DNA from: Eledone cirrhosa
Taxonomy: Eukaryota
Assembly: GCA_964016885.1 (NCBI GenBank)
Contig: OZ024752.1
Span: 806,001-870,000, forward strand
Reading direction: 5' to 3'
DNA length: 64,000 nt
Each line of letters starts with the position of its first letter. Position 1 is the stretch's first letter. This document shows positions 53,940-64,000 of this stretch, in pieces. The translations under genes and the position numbers were made by a program. The notes beneath the pieces are model-generated. The model saw only the letters and a list, made by a program, of their open reading frames with translations. It ran no database searches and was not told where the DNA came from.

Positions 53940-56900
53940 ACCCAGCCTTTTCCCTTATCTTTAGTAGATATACTTAATAAATATGTGGGTTCGACTCCCA
54001 TGTGTGCTGGTAGCCATCTTTTCTCTGTTCAGTTGGCTTATACGCCCCATTATTAAACTATATTTAGTCATATTATTACGGCGATGGATTGGCAGTATCA
54101 GTAGAGGGTCGGACGCCATGCTGTCAAGCATAGTTACGTCCCTTTACGGTCTGAGCTCAAATCCCGTCGAAGTTAACTTTGCCTTTCATCTTACGAGGTC
54201 GATAAAATAAAGTACCAGTAATGCACTGGGATAATTGCCGGCCTTGTGCCTAAAGTAGAAATAATTATTACGTCGAAGCTTCTATTTCAATTTCAAAATA
54301 AAAGAAACTTCTCTGGTCGTGTTCCCAACATACTTCCTTTGTATCTTTTATTTTGAAATTAAATAAATTGTTTAATATGATTATGCAACAATGAATGACA
54401 CACTCTTCATAACAGTGAAAAATGGAAATGGGCGGGCCAAATTGCCAGGATAATTGACAACAGATCGACCACCCACGTCACTTTCTGGAACCCCTCTAGG
54501 TCACAAAACAAACCGAGGCCACCAGAAGACCAGGTGGCGAGATGACACAAGAAAATCGAAACATTTTGGCCATGAATGGCACAGGATCAGCCAAGACGGC
54601 ACAGCTCGAGGAAGGCATATGTCCAGCAACGGACTTTCCAGGATTGAAGATAAGTTGAGATGATGACATAACAGTGAAGATAGATTTATCCTAGTAAATA
54701 GATGAGGATATAGCATTAGTTTTAAACGGATTCAGAAACCGTACCTTGAATATAGCAATAGTTTTAAAGGGATTCACGAACTGTACCTTGAATATAGCAG
54801 TGATTTTAAAGATATTCGCGAATCACACATTGAATATAGCAGCAATTTTAAAGGGATCCGCGAAATATAATTTGAACATAGCAGTTGGTTTAAAGGGATC
54901 TACGAAACGTCTTCTTCTCGCCCAGTTGTTCCTGAGAAGGTTGTGGGGGAAGAATCCTTAAACACTCCTTCCAGTGGATCCTGTAAGAAGCAACCGTCTC
55001 CAACTGATCAGGCTGAATCTCCAAGCCAGGCCTGCCAAGCTCATAGATGTTATTTAACCATCTTGCTCGGAGTCTACCCCTGAGTCTCCTGTCGGCTGGT
55101 TTTGCACGTAAAATCTATCCATCCATTCTCTCCTTAAACATTCTAGCCACATGCACACAATAGTGGAGCTGTGATCTCTCAATTCCGAGAAATAGCGGCT
55201 CTAACTGGAGTAACACCCTGACGTCCGAGCTACGCACTCTAACGAGTAATCTTACTCCTAAGACCCTTCGGAGGAACCCCATTTCGTCCGCTTGTATTTG
55301 CGATCGTATTAACCAAGATTCATGACCATAGGTCTGGCACGAATAATGAATTGAAGATAACTAGTTTGGCTTTTACGCCTACCTCTCTTCTGATGGCTGA
55401 ATGCTGAAGCTGGAGCATTACTGCACCAGCTCCTGTAATACTTGCACTTAATTCAGCCTACTGCCTTTCATAACTCGTGAACACGGCCCGAGATAGTTGA
55501 ACTTCTCCACCTGCTTCATTGGAACTCCATTGACATGTAGAGTGCACTGCACAAGCTTCCTTGAGAGGACGAGTGTCTCACGAAACATATCTTGAATATA
55601 GCAGTAGTTTTAAAGGGATCCACGAAACATACCTTGAATACATTGCATGTTTTACCTCCGGCCAAAGAATATACCATTTGTAAACAAATAATCATAGCAG
55701 CCATGAAGACACGCGCCCAGCGCACGATACTGCCTTCAGACCGAAGAGTGCGCGTGAAAATTCCATGTGACGTCACTAGTCTTTGGCTGCTGGCAAGACC
55801 TACTCAGCACTTCCGGTACCCAAACGCCACACTAGTCTACAGGTGTTATGGCGTGCAACTAATTGTCGCACGGTAATTTGTCCGTAATTTACTCTATTGC
55901 TGTAACTAAGCAACAGCAACAATATGAATTTACTTTATTGGTCACAAAGGTAGAAAACTGGCAATTGTGCAATGGAGAAATACATAGGAAAACAAGAAAC
56001 AGTAAAAACCAACAACAATAATAGACAAATAATAATGGATACCATTTCGTTGCGAATATCCACAAGAACTGTGTCTAACTGGTTTCTTCTTGGACCAAGA
56101 AAAATTCCACTGGTTTTTGCATTCTCGAGCTTGGGTAATGGATTTTGATAGATAAACCATTCATTTTTGTTGAGATAAAACTGCCATACCTTTCTTATTT
56201 CTTCGAAGTGTTGCTGAACTTTTAATTTCAAGGCTTCCCCCTCCAGAAATAATATTTGAAAACAAAGAATTAGTGCCTAAATTTGAAACTTTTCCTTTCT
56301 AAAAACACTTACGAATGTTATTATCAAACATGTTGTATGTAGTGTTATTATTTTTTCAACAAAATAATATATAAATACAGAAATACAGTAAACAAGGAGG
56401 GCCACGTGTTGTCCTTCTCTGACACAACTCTTTCCACCCCTGTGGATGGATGTGAAATCCCAAATATAGGAACTATTAATTCGCTTCCAAGGTAACTTTA
56501 TCTCTTATTTTTTACACCTTTCTTACGTACTTTTACGCTCTCTACGTTTCTTTCTCTCAGCTCAATACCACCTGCTTTCGTTACCCGGGGGAAATTTACC
56601 CAACTGCATTACAGAAATAATATCTTTTTCATAAAATATGATTATTTATTTATTCTCAGTTGGAAAATGTGTTTAAATGAATTTATTTTAGTTTTTGTTT
56701 TGTTCTGTTTCTTAACATTGTTTTGATGGTTGGTAACTCACGACATTAGAGAAATTTAAAGCGGTGTGAGACAAAAAGTGGAATTGTCGTAAAATAAAAA
56801 CAAAGCAATCTTTATGTCATACAAAATTGGAGTAATAATCTATATGTGAAATAAATTCCCAAAACATGAAATTATTTCTTTCGGTTACACTTGAAAACCT

Positions 56901-57339
56901 CAAAGAAGTCTTGGAGTAAAGCACACTTGAATAGGTCAGTATCAAACAGCAGCAGCATGAATAATGTATTTTATTGGCTACAACGGTCCAAAACATTGTT
57001 GGATAATACGAAGATGAATTACAATACAAAGTAAGGTTTACATCAAATAAAAACATTTGAAATCAACAAAAAATATGTATGTAACAATACATTTCCAACA
57101 AGAAAATTCTCTAATAGACCATGGTGTATACAAGAGGAGCTGTGTGACTGCCCTCGTTTATTTACACACTGGCTTTGAATAGAATAAGGTAGTGTTGGAA
57201 GGGCTCTGTCTCTAGTTTTACCAGGACCAGTGATGAAAATAGTTATATATATACAGTTGATGACGTCATACCTTCTATACTTAAACTCACCACTGCCATT
57301 GGTCCACAGGTCCTGAACCATTTAACATATATATACATA

Positions 57340-57374
<35 letters not shown>

Positions 57375-57531
57375 TACCAGCCAATATATATATATATATA
57401 ACCAGCCAATATATATATATATATATAACCAGCCTATATATATATATATATATATTACCAGCCTATATATATATATATATATATATATATAACCAGCCTA
57501 TATATATATATATATATATATATATAACCAG

Positions 57532-57576
<45 letters not shown>

Positions 57577-57607
57577 CCAGCCAATATATATATATATATA
57601 TAACCAG

Positions 57608-57682
<75 letters not shown>

Positions 57683-57723
57683 CCAGCCAATATATATATA
57701 TATATATATATATATACAACCAG

Positions 57724-57810
<87 letters not shown>

Positions 57811-57814
57811 CCAG

Positions 57815-57859
<45 letters not shown>

Positions 57860-57863
57860 CCAG

Positions 57864-57895
<32 letters not shown>

Positions 57896-57900
57896 ACCAG

Positions 57901-57932
<32 letters not shown>

Positions 57933-57937
57933 ACCAG

Positions 57938-57982
<45 letters not shown>

Positions 57983-57986
57983 CCAG

Positions 57987-58033
<47 letters not shown>

Positions 58034-58037
58034 CCAG

Positions 58038-58072
<35 letters not shown>

Positions 58073-58076
58073 CCAG

Positions 58077-58119
<43 letters not shown>

Positions 58120-58123
58120 CCAG

Positions 58124-58160
<37 letters not shown>

Positions 58161-58164
58161 CCAG

Positions 58165-58196
<32 letters not shown>

Positions 58197-58201
58197 ACCA
58201 G

Positions 58202-58240
<39 letters not shown>

Positions 58241-58244
58241 CCAG

Positions 58245-58279
<35 letters not shown>

Positions 58280-58283
58280 CCAG

Positions 58284-58318
<35 letters not shown>

Positions 58319-58322
58319 CCAG

Positions 58323-58359
<37 letters not shown>

Positions 58360-58363
58360 CCAG

Positions 58364-58402
<39 letters not shown>

Positions 58403-58406
58403 CCAG

Positions 58407-58445
<39 letters not shown>

Positions 58446-58449
58446 CCAG

Positions 58450-58500
<51 letters not shown>

Positions 58501-58504
58501 CCAG

Positions 58505-58555
<51 letters not shown>

Positions 58556-58559
58556 CCAG

Positions 58560-58598
<39 letters not shown>

Positions 58599-58602
58599 CC
58601 AG

Positions 58603-58657
<55 letters not shown>

Positions 58658-58775
58658 CCAGCCAATATATATATATATATATATATATATAACCAGCCAA
58701 TATATATATATATATATATAACCAGCCAATATATATATATATATATATATATATTATGACGGCGGTGGATTGGCA

Positions 58776-58811
<36 letters not shown>

Positions 58812-58820
58812 CCAGCCTAT
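57375..58820. repeat. Compound repeat: ACCAGCC(A) core separated by variable (TA)n, about 33 units
   Basis: Counted by eye. Confidence 0.95.
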
Positions 58821-58889
58821 ATATATATATATATATATACAATATGTTGAAAAGGTAACGCACCAGAGAGAGATATCGTGGTATATATA

Positions 58890-58921
<32 letters not shown>

Positions 58922-59124
58922 AATTGTTTCTACTTTTGGCACAAGGCCAGAAATTACCCAGTACATTACTGGTACTTTATTTTATCGACCCCGTAAGGAT
59001 TTGAACTCAGACCATAAAGGGCCGTAACTCTTTGCTGCAAAGCATGGCGTCAGACCCTCTACCGATACTACCAATCCATAGCAATATATAATCATAATAA
59101 TAATTATTTCTACTTTTGGGCATG

Positions 59125-60043
59125 CATAGCTATGAGTAATTAGGTAGAAACATTTGTTCTGCCTTTATAGGCTGTAGTAATTGGAAATCTCTATTGGGTA
59201 TGTGACTTACTTTTAGTAAATTACCGTAGCCAATATATGAACCTTTGTCTATGAATATTTCAAAGTATGGTTGTGGGTTCGGTACAAATACATGTTTTTT
59301 GTCGTCCATTCTCTGCATGTAATGTTGTCTATTTGGAATCCGAGGCTTTTAATTCTGTAGATGGTAGCATTATGTAATGATGCTTCAAACATGTTTGGTT
59401 TTATCCAGCTTATATATATATGGTACAATATAGTCTTGTGATTGTACCTCACCGTATGCATAATGTCCTAAGTTATGGTAGCCATTTTCATGTCCAAGGT
59501 ATTTAGTAAATTTTACTTTAGCGCTGTTCATGTCATATGTTTTGACTATGTTTTTGAATGTTCGTTGGAAGCAGTTTTTTCATAGTTTCCTGATTCGTTT
59601 GGCATGAATCCACCGATGTGGGTTCCTTGCCATCCGTTTGAATCTCCCGAATCGATCGATGTTTGTTGCGAATCAGCCATATCTTGAATAGAATTATGAA
59701 TATCAGTAATAACAAGCTCGTCATCTTTATGAGTCTGTCTGATGTAGCTGTCAAGTCCGATATAATGTTTAGCAGCGATGGCCGTACTTGCCAATATTCC
59801 TGTTGGTCCTGTATTGATTGCTCTATTGATGAATTCGTTATTAGCCTCTCAAGTATCCCTGTGTGGGTTTGTGTAGTCGATGTCATGTAATTTTGCTGCG
59901 AGATCTAATTCACTTCGAGGCGTATTATACTTCTTCTCGTATATATGTGTTCCTGGTCCTAAGAATTCGTAGCCTGGTACGTGATATTCTCTGCTATACG
60001 GTACTGGACGTTTACTTTTGCGATGTTTCTTCCCCGGTGGCAT
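59125..60043 (-). pseudogene. Endogenous parvoviral element: decayed VP1 capsid gene with PLA2 domain
   Basis: MPPGKKHRKSKRP...PGYEFLGPG...DLAAKLHDIDY, one in-frame TGA, then capsid-like segments FQRTFKNIVKTY, YIVPY..SWIKPNMFEASLHNATIYRIKSLGFQIDNITCRE and NPQPYFEIFIDKG across three frameshifts. Confidence 0.82.
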
Positions 60044-60499
60044 AGAGATGAATGAATTTTCGTGTTATATTTTTCAACTTTATAATCCCATGACGTCACC
60101 AACTCCATATAACTCAACTCAACTCTATCACTGGTCACAGGTTTTACATGACTTAAAGAATGCACTTCTTTTTTCCTGTAACAGCAATGGTACAATGGTC
60201 TAACACCCTCCTCCCACACCACTTTGTAATTAAATTTAATTGGTCGAGCAGGGATCACAAACTCTTCTTCTCTTCGCCCACTTATTCCTGCGAGGATCGT
60301 AGAGGCAGTCCTGTCAGAAGCAACCATCTCCAACTGATCCAGCTGGACCCCAAGCGTGACCAGCCAAGCTCATGGATGTTATCCAACCATTTTGCTCGGC
60401 GTCTACCCTTGGGTCTCCTACCAGTTGGTTTCGCCCGTAAAATCTGTCCAGCGATTCTTTCCAGAGACATTCTAACCACATGCCCATAGTATCGGACTG

Positions 60500-61395
60500 G
60501 GGTCTCCAAACTCAAAGACTCAAAAGAGCCATTGCGTCTTGGGGAAGGGGCGTCATTGTCACCAGTCACAATACTAATCTGCAATACAGTTGACAGGCTG
60601 CACATACACAAAGTCCTAGATTATTCTATATGTTCAAAGGCATTAAAAGTGCCCTTTCCCAGTTTTCTTTTTCTTATAAAAGCATTGTCAGAGTAAGCCG
60701 CCCCACCCATCTTTTGTGAAGGCAGAACCTCCCACACCACTCTCTCCATTTCCTCTTCAAGTGCTACTTGAATAAATTAATGGGGGTTTAGCCGGAAAGG
60801 AAAGTTCCTGTCCCCAAACCTTTCACTCGAGTCCCCCGCACAACTTTTATCATAGTCACAATGCAGAGAAAATATTGCCGCCCTTCTTTTCTCTCAGCTC
60901 ATTTCTGGGTGGTACTGGCCACTTTGATTACGATCTATTCGGTTATCTCTACCTGGAGGTCCAGTCTTAACTACACTCAGAGCACCTTATCCAGGCCCTC
61001 AGTCCAACGACAAAAAATACTGCTGAGTAACAATGGACTTGCTTTTTCATGAGCCGAATTTCAAGCCCACCGGCTTGTACGTGCACCCGCCACCTGCTGA
61101 TATTCTTTCAGTATAGCGCTAACAGTCTTCATCACATTCGATGCGTCTGATACAATGACATTGATAGATAGAGCTCTCCTGTGGCTCAGTTCGTGTAGGA
61201 TGCCTTCCGGGGTTTCAATCTTGCTAGGTAATAGCTCTAGAGGCAATACGAAGAGTAGAAAAGAAAAGAGGACACCCTTGATGGATCGAGCATGCCACCC
61301 TAAAGAGTTCTGAGATGTGGCTATTTAGTTTGATCACCGAATAGATGTCGCTGCATATTGCGACAATTCAATATCGGAAACCTAATACCGCAAAT
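60500..61395 (-). mobile_element. Highly decayed L1/Tx1-like LINE RT-region fragment
   Basis: LLFVLPLELL...VSAILKEYQQVAGA resembles sequence flanking the RT catalytic region; weak. Confidence 0.4.
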
Positions 61396-62419
61396 CATTT
61401 CATCTACCGCTCTAACCTTTCTGCCAATCTACCTCCATAATGAAGACTTCTGATTTAGGCACAAGGCCAACAACTTGCAGAGGAGGAGAAAGTCGATCAA
61501 ATCGACCCCAGTGTGTGACTGGTACTTTATTTCCTCGACCCCGTAAGGATGAAAGGCAAAGCTTACCTCGGTGGGATTTGAACTCAATCCACCGTCATAA
61601 TAATAATAATGTTTCTGATTTACTCACAGGACCAGCAATTTTGGAGGTGGGGAAAGTCGATTAAATCGACACCAGTGCATGGCTGGTACTTTATTTTATC
61701 GATCCTGTAAAGATGAAAGGCAAAGCTAACCTCGGCGGGGTTTGAACTCAGAACGTAAATGGATGTAACTTTAAGCCACAATGCATGTTGACCGACGTTT
61801 TACCGATACTGCCAAAATCCCATCCCTATAATAATAATGATGATGATGATAATAAAAAAACTTTTAAAAGCCACACTAGGGCTCACAACAATACACAGTA
61901 TTCAAATTCAAAACACAGCTCTACCAAGCTCAGTGCACATCCTGTGCAATACATTATTGATTCAATAGCACGGCTCAAATAGTACATATTCACATGAAAT
62001 ACAAGAAGCATCTAATAAAATAAAACAACACAATTCACATAACATATACTCTACAAGATTAATAATTAGTAAGTTTACTGAAATAACATTACACATATTA
62101 TATACACAAAAGAACAAACATTGAAACAGCAGACGACATAACAAGCTAAACACAGCTAGGAAAACGAGAGTTCTGTAATACACTAACAGTGTGAGCATGT
62201 AGTCCTTTAACTCTCAGCTACAATGCAACAACTACCTCAGGATTATGCAGTAGAGACTTTCACGAACATGCCGACCCCTCTCACCAAAACACTTGGTTTA
62301 ACTAATGTTATATGGAATGTAGTCCAAGTTCGCTTTTGCTATACATGTGGTACAACAGAATCCCCAAGGATAGAAAGTTCGGTAACGAAATAGTATCGAT
62401 AGATAAAGAAAAGATTATA

Positions 62420-62825
62420 TACCGTATTTGACGGCTTATAAGACACAATTTTTATTTCCAAAAAATGTCCCAGAAAATCACCCTACATCTTATAAGGTCG
62501 TGTGTCAATTTGTGCTACTATTTAGTGGAGTTCTAGTGATGGAGTGATTTAATTAAACCCCAACCATCTCCGCAAATGTAAACAAGACGGCGATCCCTTC
62601 TACACCAACAATGGTTACTCTTTTCTAAGGTAACAATGTATAAAATTGGTACTAAAATATTACAACTAGAATTACGATGTAAAATGGTAATAAAAAAACT
62701 GACATTCGTAGTTTAAACCCATTTAAAAAAAATTAAATGACTGCTCAAATTTAGGTGCATCAAATACGGTATTTTTTGTTGTTGTTTAGCTCCTAATATG
62801 ACCATTATAAGTCGTCAAATACCGT
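62420..62825. mobile_element. pogo-like MITE remnant
   Basis: TACCGTATTTGACGGCTTATAAG ... TTATAAGTCGTCAAATACCGT inverted termini. Confidence 0.55.
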
Positions 62826-63656
62826 CATTTTTTATTTTTGTTTAGCTCCTTATATGGGCATTACTTTTTAAAAGATAGTAAGGTGTGATATGAGGGAGAT
62901 TTGGTTACTAATTCTAGTAGGTCGAGCGTAATAAAATATCTTCCCCTTCTGTGCAATTGAAACATTTAAATTTACGGCTGGCAAAGAACTTTAGACGACT
63001 ACTTTTGGAAATTGTAAAAGAACATACACGTTCCAGCATTTCCACAAATACAACGGTCAGTTAGGATAAGGGTTTCTAGTCACTTTCGTTGACGAGAAAC
63101 TGCATTAACAAGAAAATTCATGAACCTGATTCAAGGGAAACAACTTGTAAAAAATTAACCACATTCCAGGGAGGTAACTTTATTACATACATTTCGACCG
63201 CACAAAGGTTTTTCTTATCGGGGGGGAAAAAATTAAGAAAATAAAAAACAAAAACCAATTTTGAGTTTTTTCGTTAAATGTTTGTTAGGTTCTGTGATAA
63301 GACGAATAGAATGGCAAGGCACAATGGACGTTTTATTAAATAGATTACCCGAAGAAACATTCCATCACATACGAATAATGTAACTTGATAGTATAAATAG
63401 AAGTGTTTTTTTATTGCCATAATCATAAGGGAAAGAGCAGTGTCCATGACATTTTACAGGGGTTCAGATACTGGTGGAGGGAAGAGAGAAAAACACCATG
63501 ACTCGGGGATTATTACAATTGAAAGCATCATCACCATCATCACGAGTTAACATCAATTTTCTATTCTTACATGATTTAAAGAGGTTATCCTGTGTTGAGG
63601 CCAGGCTGGTCAAATGACTACTCCTTCCTGCTTGTATGCTTTGGCTTGGCCTGGTA

Positions 63657-63972
63657 TCTACAACTGGATGCCCTTCCTAATTCCAACCACATTACAGCGT
63701 GTATTAGGCGCATGGTTTCTACAACTGGATGCTTTTCCAAATGTTAACCACTTTACAGCATGTATTAGGAATATGGTTTCTACAGCTGGATGCCCTTCCT
63801 AATGCCAACCGCATTACAGCATGTATTAGGAGCAAAGTTTCTACAGCTGGATGCCCTTCCTAATGCCAACCGCATTACAGCATGTATTAGGAGCAAAGTT
63901 TCTACAGCTGGATGCCCTTCCTGATGTCATCCACATTACAGCGTACATTAGGAGCAAGGTTTTTACAGCTGG
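63657..63972 (+). repeat. 61-bp tandem array (about 5 copies) built from an RTE/SINE-associated motif
   Basis: Unit TCTACAGCTGGATGCCCTTCCTAATGCCAACCGCATTACAGCATGTATTAGGAGCAAAGTT at 63657, 63718, 63779, 63840, 63901. Confidence 0.85.
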
Positions 63973-64000
63973 CCCTTGCAAGCAGGGAAAAGCGGATGTA

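Noticed and set aside
55935-57321. Minus-strand ORFs of 72-98 aa as exons of a further gene
   Set aside because: No recognisable motifs and no convincing splice-site pair; cannot be supported without a homology search.
57375-58820. CRISPR-like repeat/spacer appearance and 400+ aa ORFs
   Set aside because: The core is only ~9 bp, the spacers are pure (TA)n, there are no cas genes and the context is eukaryotic; the ORFs are YI-repeat artefacts.
59849-60043. PLA2 as a Polinton/adintovirus or host secretory PLA2; TGA as selenocysteine
   Set aside because: No pPolB, integrase or ATPase nearby, no cysteines or signal peptide, and downstream frames resemble parvoviral capsid strands. Additional frameshifts show ordinary decay rather than recoding.

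Overview
AT-rich, microsatellite-dense eukaryotic (animal) genomic DNA with one 200-N scaffold gap. The repeat complement (tRNA-derived Nin/Deu-type SINEs, RTE LINEs with (GAT)n tails, Penelope-like elements, very long (TA)n/(CA)n) suggests a mollusc, probably an octopod cephalopod; this is inference only. Host genes: (1) a complete 8-exon HAD-IIA phosphatase (phosphoglycolate/glycerol-3-phosphate phosphatase, PGP; 302 aa; + strand, 1624-14677), reconstructed by hand with GT-AG sites and consistent phases; (2) a convergent, unassigned 3'-terminal coding exon on the - strand (19759-20428). The rest is mostly mobile-element debris: RTE, CRE-like, R4/Dong-like and L1/Tx1-like LINE pieces, two Penelope-like coding remnants, a Helitron, several MITEs, about 20 SINE copies and minisatellites. 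Two features stand out. (a) A decayed endogenous parvoviral element (~59.1-60.3 kb, - strand) with a basic N-terminus, a PLA2 domain, jelly-roll capsid motifs and an overlapping +1-frame ORF with a hydrophobic segment. (b) A dense cluster (22-35 kb) of minimal type I hammerhead ribozyme motifs from several unrelated families, mostly inside fold-back or palindromic modules next to (TA)n tracts, where the fold-back apex often falls at the ribozyme core. All calls were made by eye, without database searches or folding software.
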